Shown piece after piece: positions 21,114 through 31,811 of a DNA stretch of 64,000 bases. The translations under genes and the position numbers were made by a program. The stretch's first letter is position 1, and each line of letters opens with the position of its first letter. This stretch comes from Roseibacillus sp. GTDB lineage: Bacteria > Verrucomicrobiota > Verrucomicrobiia > Verrucomicrobiales > Akkermansiaceae. A model generated the notes under the pieces. The model was not told the DNA's origin and made no database searches. It worked only from the letters and a program-made list of their open reading frames with translations. The stretch covers positions 128,001-192,000 of the forward strand of contig JBPOGI010000007.1 of NCBI GenBank assembly GCA_051251855.1. The letters are read 5' to 3'.

Positions 21114-23651
21114 TTACTTCCGGCGCTCCATCGCCTCCAAAGCCTTTTCGGCCAAGAAAGAAGTGTCGTCATTGGAATCTTTCGTCAATGGCTCAATCAA
21201 GGCCATCGCCCAATTCTCGGAGCCCCGCGCCAATATACTAATAAATTCTTTCTTCTCTCGTGAGTCCTTCAACTCTTTCGAAAGGGCCTGCCACATCTTC
21301 TTCTCACTCCCGTCATCATACTCGGCATCACCCTTCAAAAAGCTGATCACAGAATCAAAAGCATGGCTTCGCAAAAAGGTCTCATTCTCTCCCCTCATCG
21401 CACCGATGTGTTGCTCAAACAGTGAGTCGTCACGCCAATTTGCAAGCGCGGCATAAGCAGAGACCTTGAGAGAATTATCACTCGAAGAGAGAGCCTCCTC
21501 CACCGCCTCTGCGGCCTCAGGAGCTCCGGTTGCCCCGAGAAGCCGAAGGAAGGTTTCACGAGGTCCCTTTTCCATAGAACCTTTGAAAGCCGTCACCAAA
21601 TCCTTAGCTGCAGGAGAGTTGTTTGTCTGCGCGACCAAATAGCGTTTAACCGCTCGCTCAGAAGCCCCCCGCACATCAACCGATGGCGAAGACGAAATCA
21701 ATTTATAGAGATCGGAGAGGTGGCGACCGGAAAGATTTTTCCCTGTTGCATCTATCGCCGCTACCACCGCGTCCTTTTCCTTCGATTCTTTTGCGAACTT
21801 CAGAAGATAAGGAACTGCAGCCTCATCCCCCCTCTTGCCGACGACTTGGAACAATTTGGTCCGGACCTGCTCATTGAGCTTCCCCGTGGAGGCGAACTCG
21901 GCAATCCGGCGATCAATATTGGTCCCATCGGTCGAGCTCGACAAATAGAGAGTCTGGTAAACAGCGCCCTTATCTTTATCAAAGTCCACCTCAGCCGAAG
22001 CAGACAAGAAGCCTTCGAGATGTTCTTTGCTAAGCGGAATTTCCGAAACCGTAGGGTCCGTAGCCTGTAACATCAAATCCTGCAGTTCCTTCTCCTTCTT
22101 GCTGGTCCCCATCACATTCATCAGGAGCACACCAGAGATAATAATTGCCACTCCAAGAACAGCGGCGATAGCGATGCGAACCGCATTCCCCGAGCCCTTG
22201 GCAGACTTGAGTTGGTTCGAGGGAGAAGGCGCGGAAGTCGGAGTCGAAGAATCAGTAGACATAGGGGATGTTTGAGAGAGTTGTGCCGCCAGCTGTGTCG
22301 TCAGTTGAGGCTGTGGCGGAGGAGGAACTTGAGCTACTTCTGGTGTTACTGGCGCCACCGGAGTGGTATATTGGGCCGCATGAACAGGAACCGGGCCCGT
22401 CGTAGCTCGCACGACCTGCGCTCCCGTATGAATAGAAGGCTTGGCTCCTTCCGGTGGCGTGATCGCCTGAGGAATCACCATCTTGACGCCACTTGATACG
22501 GACTGTGTAGGAGGTTCTCCTTGTAAGGGTTCTGAAGGAATTGCTGCCGCTACCGGAACCTCCGCTACCGGAACCTCCGCTGGCGGTTCCGTGTTCATAG
22601 GTCCTGTGATCAACTTGGCACGAACGGGAGCACTTTCCGTCACCGCTGCAACCTCTCCCTCGGGGGCCGCCGCTGCAGGCACTCGAGCGGATGGCAGAAC
22701 AGGCACAGGACCCGTCAATCGACTAGGCGTTCCGGACCCACCTTGATTCGTCTGCTCCACCGGAAGACTCGACGCAGAAACCACATCAACGGCCACCGGA
22801 GCGGTCTGCGGAACTGGTTGCTCAAAAGCTAAAAAGCGCTCCAAAGATTCGCGCGCATCATGGGGTCGCTCATCAGGGGTGCGCGCAATATGCCACTCCA
22901 CCCACTGACAAACCCAGTCCGGCAAATCAGGACGATACTCCTTGAGCTTGTGAAACTCATTCTGCAAATGCGCCGCCATAACCAAGGGGGCCGTCTCACC
23001 ATCAAAAGGATAGTGTCCCGTCAAACAGAAGAAGAACACACAGCCTAACGAGTACATATCCGTGCGCTGGTCGAGGGGAACACGCTCGAATTGCTCCGGC
23101 GCCATAAAGTGAATCGATCCAAAGACCGCGTCACCATGATCAATCGTCTGAAGAGACGGAGCTGCAGAAAATTTGGCCAACCCAAAATCCACCAACTTCA
23201 CTTGAAATTTTCCGGAAGGCAACCAAGTCACCATCACATTCGAGGGCTTGATATCACGGTGCACCAAATCCAATTCTTGTGCCGCAATGAGAGCCTCTAA
23301 ACACTGGACCGCGGTCTCGCGAAAGTCAGGCCAAGTCATCGTCCCTCGCTCCACCATTTCATCCAAGGTGCGACCCGAGAGAAGTTCCATCACAACATAG
23401 GGCCCATCCGTGTCCACCCCAGCATCATAAACGGTCACAATATGAGGGTGCTGCACTGAGCATAAAGCTACCGCCTCCTTCAAGAGCGCTTTAGTTGCCT
23501 CATCTTCCTTATCATTGGGATCAAATCCTTCCTCCGTTAAGACCCGCTTGATCGCGACTTCACGATTCAGGTTACGATCGTAGGCACGGTAAACGGCCCC
23601 GACTCCTCCTTGCCCGATTTTTCCCCTAATCTCGTATCGTTCTTCGCTCAT
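21114..23651 (-). CDS. Membrane Ser/Thr protein kinase with Pro-rich linker and C-terminal HEAT-like repeats
   Basis: GQGGVGAV, VAIK, HRDIKPSN, DFG, APE; one TM helix followed by helical repeats. Confidence 0.92.
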   Translation of the reverse strand: MSEERYEIRGKIGQGGVGAVYRAYDRNLNREVAIKRVLTEEGFDPNDKEDEATKALLKEAVALCSVQHPHIVTVYDAGVDTDGPYVVMELLSGRTLDEMVERGTMTWPDFRETAVQCLEALIAAQELDLVHRDIKPSNVMVTWLPSGKFQVKLVDFGLAKFSAAPSLQTIDHGDAVFGSIHFMAPEQFERVPLDQRTDMYSLGCVFFFCLTGHYPFDGETAPLVMAAHLQNEFHKLKEYRPDLPDWVCQWVEWHIARTPDERPHDARESLERFLAFEQPVPQTAPVAVDVVSASSLPVEQTNQGGSGTPSRLTGPVPVLPSARVPAAAAPEGEVAAVTESAPVRAKLITGPMNTEPPAEVPVAEVPVAAAIPSEPLQGEPPTQSVSSGVKMVIPQAITPPEGAKPSIHTGAQVVRATTGPVPVHAAQYTTPVAPVTPEVAQVPPPPQPQLTTQLAAQLSQTSPMSTDSSTPTSAPSPSNQLKSAKGSGNAVRIAIAAVLGVAIIISGVLLMNVMGTSKKEKELQDLMLQATDPTVSEIPLSKEHLEGFLSASAEVDFDKDKGAVYQTLYLSSSTDGTNIDRRIAEFASTGKLNEQVRTKLFQVVGKRGDEAAVPYLLKFAKESKEKDAVVAAIDATGKNLSGRHLSDLYKLISSSPSVDVRGASERAVKRYLVAQTNNSPAAKDLVTAFKGSMEKGPRETFLRLLGATGAPEAAEAVEEALSSSDNSLKVSAYAALANWRDDSLFEQHIGAMRGENETFLRSHAFDSVISFLKGDAEYDDGSEKKMWQALSKELKDSREKKEFISILARGSENWAMALIEPLTKDSNDDTSFLAEKALEAMERRK
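22547..22581. repeat. 15-bp tandem repeat x2.3 in the kinase linker (AEVPV)
   Basis: ccgctaccggaacct ccgctaccggaacct ccgct. Confidence 0.8.
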
Positions 23652-23893
23652 GAATTAGTGAACCCGCGACTATCCTTGAAAATACCGCTGGAAACTTCAA
23701 AGCAAAGTTTTCTCTTTCTGAACGATACTTCAGTAGTAAAGAGACCGAATTCTCGAATTTTTTCGAGCTCAAGACTTCAAATACTTCCCGTTGACTACAT
23801 TCCAAGGAGCACGACTATTGATTACCGATAGCTCGAACACCTCACTCGATAGAACCTTCACGCGCCTCCAGTATCTGGTCAAGACCACCCCCT

Positions 23894-26302
23894 ATGAAGT
23901 TCGTTCAACTGCCACTCCAAAGCTTCCAAGCCCTACTTCTTGGCAGCTCATCCCTCACATTCGGGGCCATAGGCAACGCACAGGGCGAGCAATTTAACCT
24001 CCCCGAACTCCTCGAAGACACCCTTGCCTTCTACTGCTACGATTGCCACAACAGCTCAATTAAAAAAGGAGGCCTCAATCTCGAGGACACCCCTTTCAAT
24101 CTTACCGACCCCCACCACTTTGAGAAATGGGCCCACGTTTTCGACCGCGTCGAAAGCGGCGAGATGCCCCCCCAAGAAGAAGAGCAGCCCGACAAAAAAG
24201 AGACCGCCGCCTTCCTCAAAGAACTTTTCCCCACCCTTCTCCAAGCAGATAGAAAGGCGATCGAAGCTGAAGGTCGCGTTCACAGCCGGCGACTCAGCCG
24301 CCCCGAATACGAGAACACCCTTCACGACCTTCTCGGGATCCGCATTCCCCTCGCCAAACTTTTGCCCAACGACGAAAGCGACGGAGAATTTCAAACCGTT
24401 GCCGACGCCCAGCAGCTCAGCCACTTTCACCTCAATCAATACCTTCAAACCGCCGACACCGCCCTCCACATCGCACTGAGCCGCAGTCAAAGGGGGCTCA
24501 AACCTTACTCCCGCAAATTTTGGCCCGATCGCCTGATCGAGCCCGGCAACTTTCGAGGCGGCAATTACCGAGGCCCCCAGAAAAAGGATGGACGCATCTA
24601 CAGCTGGAGCCGAGGAATCGCTTTCAATGGCCGGTTGGAAGCCACCCGCGTCCCCGAAGGAGGCTGGTACCGCATCACCATCAAGAATCTTCAAGCCATC
24701 AACCCCGGCGAAGACGGAGTGGTTTGGGGCACCCTCAAAACAGGGGCCGGCATTGCCAGCGAGGCCCAACTCTTCCTCGCTCAATCCATCGAAGCCACCT
24801 CCAAGCCTCGCGACGTTATCTGTGATACTTGGATGGAAGAAGGCCACCTCCTCGTACTCGAACCCAAAGAAGGAGGCGCAAAATCAGTTTTCCAAAAGCC
24901 ATCCCGCAGCCACCCTTACTATCACAACCGTGACCTCCAAAAAGAAGGCTACACTGCCTTCGCCTTCGACCGCATAGAGATGACCCGCATCTACCCCGGA
25001 GGTTATCGACAGGCCCTGCGCGATAAGCTTCTCCCCGGCATCACCTTTAGCGACGGCCGCCCCGTCCTCACCAACCCTACTTCAGAAATCAACCGGCTCA
25101 TTGCCACCTTTGCCAGCCAAGCGTTCCGCCGTCCCGTCAAGGAGAGCCAACTCACTCCCTATCAAAGCCTCGCCCTCCAGCGATATGAGGAAACCGAAGA
25201 CCTCTTCGAAGCTCTTCACGAAGGCTATCGCGCCATTCTCTGTTCTCCTCACTTCCTCACCTTCGTTGAGGCACCCGGCCCCCTCAACAACCACGCCATC
25301 GCCTCCCGTTTGAGCTATCTTCTTTGGTCCAGCCTTCCGGATCCCACCCTGCGCAAACTGGCCGACCAAGGCCAACTCACCAAACCCAAAGTCCTCACCG
25401 CGCAAATCGATCGCATGCTCGCCGACCCCAAGTCCGAGCGCTTTATCGAGAACTTCACCGACCAATGGTTACAGCTCAATGAGATCGACTTCACCTCGCC
25501 AGATCCACGCCGTTTCCGCAAATTCGATGACAGCTTACAAGCATCCATGCTCCTTGAAACTAGAGCCTTCTTTCGCGAACTGTTAGACAAAGACCTCTCC
25601 GTTCGTCACTTCGTCGACTCCGACTTCGGCATGCTCGATACCCGACTCCAGCGCCACTACCTCCTCGACCATCTCAAGCTCACTCCTGGAGGCGGCATAC
25701 AAAAGGTCGCACTCCGTCCCGAGGACCGCAGTGGACTCACCACCCAAGCCTCCATCCTCAAAGTCACCGCAGACGGCTCCGTCACCTCTCCCGTTATTCG
25801 CGGGGTCTGGATTGGCGAACGTATTCTCGGACTCCACATTCCTCCGCCACCCGCCAACGTCCCCGCCATCGAGCCCGACATTCGTGGTGCCATCAGTATC
25901 CGCGATGAACTTGAAAAACACCGCGCCGACCCCTCTTGTGCCGCCTGCCACACCAAGATCGACCCCCAAGGATTTGCCCTCGAGAGCTTCGATCCCATTG
26001 GCCAATCCCGCACCTACTACGGTAAAAACGCCAAATCAGCCACCGTCGACCCCAGTGGCATCACCCCTGATGGAGAGACTTTTCCTGATGTGGAAGGCTG
26101 GAAAAACATCTACGCCAATCGCCCCCGCATGCTTGCCAAAGCCTTCCTCAACCACTTCCTCACCTACGCGACAGGTGCCGACTCACGCTTTGCCGACCGT
26201 CCTACCATCAACCGCATTCTCAACGAAACGAAAGACCACGACTACGGTCTTCGTTCACTCATTCACGCCGCCCTCACCAGCGATATCTTCCTCCAAAAAT
26301 AA
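23894..26302 (+). CDS. Planctomycete-type cytochrome c / DUF1592-family (PSD) protein
   Basis: CYDCH and CAACH haem motifs, GEMPP, RRLSRPEYENT, ASRLSYLLW, TSPVIRGVW. Confidence 0.9.
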   Translation: MKFVQLPLQSFQALLLGSSSLTFGAIGNAQGEQFNLPELLEDTLAFYCYDCHNSSIKKGGLNLEDTPFNLTDPHHFEKWAHVFDRVESGEMPPQEEEQPDKKETAAFLKELFPTLLQADRKAIEAEGRVHSRRLSRPEYENTLHDLLGIRIPLAKLLPNDESDGEFQTVADAQQLSHFHLNQYLQTADTALHIALSRSQRGLKPYSRKFWPDRLIEPGNFRGGNYRGPQKKDGRIYSWSRGIAFNGRLEATRVPEGGWYRITIKNLQAINPGEDGVVWGTLKTGAGIASEAQLFLAQSIEATSKPRDVICDTWMEEGHLLVLEPKEGGAKSVFQKPSRSHPYYHNRDLQKEGYTAFAFDRIEMTRIYPGGYRQALRDKLLPGITFSDGRPVLTNPTSEINRLIATFASQAFRRPVKESQLTPYQSLALQRYEETEDLFEALHEGYRAILCSPHFLTFVEAPGPLNNHAIASRLSYLLWSSLPDPTLRKLADQGQLTKPKVLTAQIDRMLADPKSERFIENFTDQWLQLNEIDFTSPDPRRFRKFDDSLQASMLLETRAFFRELLDKDLSVRHFVDSDFGMLDTRLQRHYLLDHLKLTPGGGIQKVALRPEDRSGLTTQASILKVTADGSVTSPVIRGVWIGERILGLHIPPPPANVPAIEPDIRGAISIRDELEKHRADPSCAACHTKIDPQGFALESFDPIGQSRTYYGKNAKSATVDPSGITPDGETFPDVEGWKNIYANRPRMLAKAFLNHFLTYATGADSRFADRPTINRILNETKDHDYGLRSLIHAALTSDIFLQK

Positions 26303-26325
26303 CCCTTTCCCAATATTTTCGAACC

Positions 26326-27600
26326 ATGGCCAGCTTTCACATTCATACCGGAGCTCAGCTCTCCCGCCGTCACTTCTTGCGCAACGTCGGCATCGTCATG
26401 GGCCTCCCCTTGCTTGACGCAATGACGCCCGCCTTCGCTGCCGCACCAACCCGCGCACCCAAACGATTTGTCGGCATCAGCCTCTCCTTAGGCCTCCACT
26501 CCCCCAACCTCGTTCCCAAAGACGCCGGCCGCGATTACACCCCCTCCCGTTATCTGCGCTCGGTCCAAGACCTACGCGATCAATTCACCGTCATCTCCGG
26601 CACCTCCCACCCCGGAGTCGGCGGAGGACACCGGGCCGAATCCTCCATCTTCACCGCTTGCCCAAACAAAGGCAGCGGCAGCCGCAATACCATCTCCTTG
26701 GACCAATTGATGGCGAAACACCTCGGACACGAGACCCGCTTCCCCTCCCTCACCCTCAATACCGGCGAACAAAAGAGCCCCTCCTACACCGAGAACGGCT
26801 CCATGATCCCCGCCATCGACGACCCCCGCCAACTCTTTGCGCAACTCTTCATCGACGACAAACCAGCAGTCCGCCGACGTCAGACCGAACTCCTGCGAGG
26901 AGGAAAAAGCATTATGGATATCGTCGGAGCTGAGGCCAAAGCGCTCCAACGCGAAGTCGGAGCTGGGGACCGCGATAAACTCGACTCCTGGTTCACCAGC
27001 GTGCGAGAGCTGGAACAACGCCTCGAAATGAACAAAGCTTGGGTCGAAAAGCCCAAACCCAAAGTCAAAGGCCAACCCCGCACCCCAGACAACAACAACG
27101 CTGCCGACATCAAACGTGCTATGCTCGACACCATTGCCATGGCTCTCCAAACCGACTCCACCCGCTTCATCACCCTCCATTGCACCACCAACGGCGTGCG
27201 TAGCATCGAGGGTGTCGACGAAAGCTACCACGGCCTCAGTCACCACGGTCTCGACGAGGAAAAGCTGACCCAACTCACCTTGGTCGAACAAGCCATGATC
27301 AACTCTTGGGGTAACTTCCTTCGTCAACTTAAAGACAGCGAGTCTAATGGACGCACCCTGTTAGACGACACCATGGTCATCCTCACCTCCAACCTCGGCA
27401 ACGCTTCCTCTCATGACAACCGCAACATGCCTGTCCTCTTCGCGGGAGGAGAATTTGTCCACGGCCAGCACCTCGCCTTCGACCAAAAGGACAATTACCC
27501 CCTCCCCAATCTCTACCTCAGCGCCCTCAATTCGATTGGCATCATGCAGGACAATTTCGCCACCAGCACCGGCGCCATGAAAGGCCTACAGATGACTTAG
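26326..27600 (+). CDS. DUF1552 family protein (Tat-like signal)
   Basis: LSRRHFLR..GLPLLDAM, ISLDQLMA, YHGLSHH; usual partner of DUF1592. Confidence 0.9.
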   Translation: MASFHIHTGAQLSRRHFLRNVGIVMGLPLLDAMTPAFAAAPTRAPKRFVGISLSLGLHSPNLVPKDAGRDYTPSRYLRSVQDLRDQFTVISGTSHPGVGGGHRAESSIFTACPNKGSGSRNTISLDQLMAKHLGHETRFPSLTLNTGEQKSPSYTENGSMIPAIDDPRQLFAQLFIDDKPAVRRRQTELLRGGKSIMDIVGAEAKALQREVGAGDRDKLDSWFTSVRELEQRLEMNKAWVEKPKPKVKGQPRTPDNNNAADIKRAMLDTIAMALQTDSTRFITLHCTTNGVRSIEGVDESYHGLSHHGLDEEKLTQLTLVEQAMINSWGNFLRQLKDSESNGRTLLDDTMVILTSNLGNASSHDNRNMPVLFAGGEFVHGQHLAFDQKDNYPLPNLYLSALNSIGIMQDNFATSTGAMKGLQMT

Positions 27601-27686
27601 CTCCCCGATAGGAGGGTCGACTTTCGTCGAATGACAACGCCCCAAACTCTTTCCTACAACTTGCTTTCACCACCAAGCCGGAGAAC

Positions 27687-27714
27687 AAAAAAGACCGACT
27701 GTTTCCAGTCGGCC
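27687..27714 (-). terminator. Rho-independent terminator after the read-through ORF
   Basis: Minus strand GGCCGACTG-GAAA-CAGTCGGTC-TTTTTT, 26 nt beyond the stop at 27741. Confidence 0.8.
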
Positions 27715-27740
27715 TTCTCAAAAAATAACAAGTCGAAGGT

Positions 27741-28439
27741 TCAACCCTTTTTTAAGATTTCAGGGAGCTTCTTGTCGCTATAGTGCGTCTTCACGACCTT
27801 TTCATCGACAACAATTTCAACCTTCGCTCCAATCAGCTCATCTGCACGGCGACCGCCGGGCGTTACTGGACCGCCTCCTCATCCGCCACCCGATTTGGAT
27901 GTCGAAACCCGTTCCAAACTCACCGTGCTACTGAAGCCTTCGGAGCGTTTCTTTGGATAAATGGTGTAGAGGTCAAGGGAACCCGTTTTCTCGGTAATCT
28001 TCCCCTTGCCCGAATTCGTACCCTTGCGATAATAAATCGTATAATTCGCGGTGACATCTTCCATTACCTCACCCGAACCGTTCAGCACATTAATCGTGTA
28101 TCCCGTAGGAGTGACTGCGCTTCGCATCGTGTCCGAACGAGTGGACTGTCGCTCGCCCTCAAACTCTTTCAGTTGAACCGTGGTCGCGCTTGCCGCAGCA
28201 AGAACCACTCCGTTTTCGCGAATATACGTTTGGTCTTCCTCACAAAGGAGAGAGACCTTAAACTTCACCTCTGAACCATTGTCACGCAGGACCGTAACGG
28301 TATCAGACTTGGAACTATAGCCAATCGCCTCACCGACGAACGACTTGGACTTATCCGCGCTATGGAAGGTCCGCTCCTCAAGGGCAGACGCCGGTAGCAC
28401 CGCCAAAAGGCAGAGGGGTATGAGACGTTTCATTTTCAT
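27741..28439 (-). CDS. Secreted SHD1-like-domain protein, candidate selenoprotein (in-frame UGA at 27881-27879; 232 aa if read through)
   Basis: Signal peptide; ...SKSGGG-UGA-GGGPVTPGGRRADELIGAKVEIVVDEKVVKTHYSDKKLPEILKKG-stop. The frame stays open for 45 codons after UGA up to the terminator. 186 aa if UGA is a true stop. Confidence 0.7.
27844..27861 (-). promoter_or_regulatory. Candidate bacterial SECIS hairpin
   Basis: GC-C-CGGC-[GGUC]-GCCG-U-GC; upper stem begins 20 nt and the loop 24 nt after the UGA. Confidence 0.55.
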
Positions 28440-28572
28440 ATTCCCTCCTACATTAGGACCAAAATCCTAGAAAACGAGGCAAAAATCGCCTCCACCTCCC
28501 TGTCTGCGACAGCATTTCCAACGCATCGTGGGCTTGCCCAAAGCGAAAAAAAGCCTTATCGCACGCGCAACA

Positions 28573-29172
28573 ATGTCTTTACCCGCTATTTCCCAAGTCG
28601 CCGGCACCGCCGTTCCTGTTCTCGGTAACGATATCGACACCGACCGTATCATCCCTGCCCGCTTCATGAAGTGCGTCACTTTCGACGACCTCGCCGAAGG
28701 CATGTTCTACGACGTGAAAAACAATCCCGAGACCGGCGAGAAAACCGACCACCCCCTCAACGACAGCAAATTCGAGGGAGCTTCTATCCTTCTTTCAAAC
28801 TCCAACTTCGGCTGCGGTTCCTCTCGCGAGCACGCCCCTCAGTCCATCTACCGCTCCGGCTACCGCGCTGTCATCGCCGAGTCCTTTGCCGAAATTTTCT
28901 TCGGAAACTCCACTACCTTGGGAATGCCCTGCGTTTGCGCCAGCCACGCAGACATCACCGCCCTTTCGGACTTTGTCACCAAAGCTCCCGAAACACGTAT
29001 CACCATCGATATCGACACCCTCAAGGTCCACTACGCTGACATTTCATTCCCCATCACCCTTCCCAATTCCGCTCGCAGCGCCCTCACCACCGCGAAGTAC
29101 GACCCCTTGGCTGAACTTCTCGAGAACAACGAAGCCATCGAAAAGACCGCCGACGGCCTCGCTTACGTTTAG
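28573..29172 (+). CDS. leuD: 3-isopropylmalate dehydratase small subunit
   Basis: NDIDTDRIIPARF, NFGCGSSREHAP, SFAEIFFGN; leuC is not adjacent. Confidence 0.96.
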   Translation: MSLPAISQVAGTAVPVLGNDIDTDRIIPARFMKCVTFDDLAEGMFYDVKNNPETGEKTDHPLNDSKFEGASILLSNSNFGCGSSREHAPQSIYRSGYRAVIAESFAEIFFGNSTTLGMPCVCASHADITALSDFVTKAPETRITIDIDTLKVHYADISFPITLPNSARSALTTAKYDPLAELLENNEAIEKTADGLAYV

Positions 29173-29187
29173 TCCGACTTCGATCCG

Positions 29188-30579
29188 CTATTTCTTCTGC
29201 AAGCGCCCGCCCGTTCTTCGGCCCGGGCCTATTTTCTTTTGGAAATCATCGCCCAAGTCAGCCCGCATCTCCTCGGCCAGCCTCTGCATGCTCGCCAAGA
29301 TCGCCGGATGCTGATCAATCACGTTTTCGGTCTCCCCGATATCCTCATCCACGTTGTAGAGTTCCAAATCCGACTTGGGCCACAAGTAGGTCCCTCGCAT
29401 GCCATCCTGCCCCGGCTCACTGCGTTCATCGCGCCATTTGTGGGGAAAAATCAGCTTCCATGGCCCCATTCGCATCGCTTCCAAATTGTTGCGGCCATAA
29501 TAGAAAAAGTAAGCCTCCTGCACTGGCCCCTCCACCGCTCCCGAGAGCATGGGCCAAGCATCCTCTCCATCAATCGCGTGCTCTGGCAAAGGAACCTCGA
29601 GTAACCCCGCGATGGTTGGCAACAAGTCTATCGTCATCCAAAGCTCATTCCTCACTAAACCTGCCTCAAATTGAGCTGGCCAACGCATCACACAAGGCAC
29701 CCTCACCCCGCCTTCCCAACTCGTACCCTTGCTTCCCCGTAAAGGCCCCACCAAGCCGCCATGATTCCCATAGGTCATCCACGGCCCGTTATCACTCGTG
29801 AAAATCACCCAAGTATTCTCCGACAACTTGAGCTCATCCAACGTCTTCAAAATTTCCCCCGTGGACCAATCAATTTCTTGCATCACATCTCCATACAAAC
29901 CGTTGGACGAACTCCCCGCCCGTTCCGGCGACACATAAAGTGGCACGTGCGGCTGGGGATGAGCTAAATAGAGAAAGAAGGGACGCTCCTGGTTCTCCCG
30001 AATGAATCGCACCGAACGCTCCGTCAGCCACTTCGTCATATAGGTCTGGTCCTCCACCGTCACAATCACCTCATCGTCTTCAATCAAAGGAAGACGAGGC
30101 CATTTGGGTTTCATTTCAACCGGTCCACTCGGCCACATGTCATTGGAATAGGGATAACCAAAGTAATCATCGAAACCATGATGTACCGGCAAGAACTGCG
30201 GATAATGCCCCAGGTGCCACTTCCCAAAAGCCGCCGTCGCATAACCCGCCTGCTGGCACACCTCCCCCAGAGTTACTTCGTCTTCATGAATGCCATTCTT
30301 GCTCCCAGGCCCCAGCGCCCCCGCGATATCGATTCGGTTAGCATAACACCCCGTCAAAAGCGCCGCCCGCGAAGCAGAACAAACCGCTTGCGCCACATGA
30401 AAATCGGTAAACCGAATCCCCTCCTCCGCCAGCCGATCAATATTTGGCGTCGCCCACCCCTCCGCCCCCTGACAACTCAAGTCCCCATAGCCTAAATCAT
30501 CACAATAGATGAGCACGATATTTGGCCTCTCAGCGAGGATCGGAAGAACCAGAGCAAACAAGAGAATCAAAACTTTCAT
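29188..30579 (-). CDS. Formylglycine-dependent sulfatase (S1, arylsulfatase A-like)
   Basis: RPNIVLIYCDDLGYGD, CSASRAALLTG, GKWHLG, FTSDNG; signal peptide. Confidence 0.95.
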   Translation of the reverse strand: MKVLILLFALVLPILAERPNIVLIYCDDLGYGDLSCQGAEGWATPNIDRLAEEGIRFTDFHVAQAVCSASRAALLTGCYANRIDIAGALGPGSKNGIHEDEVTLGEVCQQAGYATAAFGKWHLGHYPQFLPVHHGFDDYFGYPYSNDMWPSGPVEMKPKWPRLPLIEDDEVIVTVEDQTYMTKWLTERSVRFIRENQERPFFLYLAHPQPHVPLYVSPERAGSSSNGLYGDVMQEIDWSTGEILKTLDELKLSENTWVIFTSDNGPWMTYGNHGGLVGPLRGSKGTSWEGGVRVPCVMRWPAQFEAGLVRNELWMTIDLLPTIAGLLEVPLPEHAIDGEDAWPMLSGAVEGPVQEAYFFYYGRNNLEAMRMGPWKLIFPHKWRDERSEPGQDGMRGTYLWPKSDLELYNVDEDIGETENVIDQHPAILASMQRLAEEMRADLGDDFQKKIGPGRRTGGRLQKK

Positions 30580-30692
30580 GACAACTTGTAACCCAGACTC
30601 AGCAAGTAAAGGAAGCACTCAGAGCCCATTGAACCAGAGCCATTCATGCAATTCGCGTCCTAGGTCATACAACTGAAGCAGAAGTTCCTATT

Positions 30693-31802
30693 TCAGACCG
30701 TTGCCCGAAAGACAGAAAACTTCGTCCCGAGGTGCGCAGGATGAGTCAAGGTTTGGAACTGGCGGATAAAGTTCGAATCGACTTGGCCGTCCATTTTGGT
30801 GAGGAAACTGGCGGCGGCTTTGGTGAGAAAGTGGCCTTGGCTGGTGAGCGGTTGGGGGTTGAGGCCGATGGCCTGTGCATCTTCCTCCAAAGCGGTGAAA
30901 TCAACATGGGCGGTGATGTCAAGTTGGCCCAGATTGACCAGCGGATCTTCGTCAGCTTGGTGGCGACCATACGTGCGCAGGGTGCCCGTGGTGCGAGAGG
31001 GATGGTAGAGGTCGTTACGTTCGAAACCGTAGTCAAAGAGAAGAATCTCTCCAGAGGTAAGGACGGACTTCATTTCGGCAAGCAAAGGAGAAAGCGAAGG
31101 GCGGAGTTCGGTTTCGTAGCCTTCGCTGAATGTGTCTTTTACAAGAGCAAGTCGGTCCGAAAGCTCAGAATCGGGCTCGGCGAGTTCAAAGCGGAGGCTT
31201 TCCCCCTCTCTAGCCACCCGTTTTTCCAGCCATTGCCCTTTTTCCCAGCGGATGAGCCAAAAGGACAACGCATCAATGAGTTCGTTTCCAATCACTAAAC
31301 CCGGCTGCGGGGTCAACTCCTTTGCCTTCGCCACCACCTCAGCACCTTCCAAAGCCTCCGCCAGCGCCGCTCGCTTCTGCGGAAGGGGCTCCACCACTGC
31401 GTATTGCAGGGCTTGAGCAAATTCTCCTCCAATTCCCTGCCCTCCGGCCAAAATATCTTTCGCCAAGTCTCCCTGCTCCGCTCCCCACTCCACGACACGA
31501 AAAACCGTCGGCTTCTCCTGCTGTTCCCAAGTCGCGAAGGCATATTCCGCCAAAATCCTCCCAAATAGGGGCCCCACCGAAACCGCCGTGAAAAAGTCCC
31601 CTTCTTTCCCTGTTCGTGACTGTTGGGGACGCGCATAATAGCCCCAATCGGGATGGTACAGCACCAAATCAAAGAACTTTCGGAACGAAATCGGGCCCTC
31701 GGCGTCGATTTCAGCCATGACTTCCTCCGTCAAACGCGCAGTTGCCCCTTGGCCATCTCCTAGGTAAGACTGTGCTCCAGAAAGCTCCTCTGTGGGCTGC
31801 AT
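30693..31802 (-). CDS. MidA/NDUFAF7-family SAM-dependent methyltransferase
   Basis: GYY...GDFFTA, VEWGAEQG, NELIDAL, DYG, DITAHVDF. Start uncertain. Confidence 0.9.
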   Translation of the reverse strand: MQPTEELSGAQSYLGDGQGATARLTEEVMAEIDAEGPISFRKFFDLVLYHPDWGYYARPQQSRTGKEGDFFTAVSVGPLFGRILAEYAFATWEQQEKPTVFRVVEWGAEQGDLAKDILAGGQGIGGEFAQALQYAVVEPLPQKRAALAEALEGAEVVAKAKELTPQPGLVIGNELIDALSFWLIRWEKGQWLEKRVAREGESLRFELAEPDSELSDRLALVKDTFSEGYETELRPSLSPLLAEMKSVLTSGEILLFDYGFERNDLYHPSRTTGTLRTYGRHQADEDPLVNLGQLDITAHVDFTALEEDAQAIGLNPQPLTSQGHFLTKAAASFLTKMDGQVDSNFIRQFQTLTHPAHLGTKFSVFRATV

Positions 31803-31811
31803 TCCTTTCTC

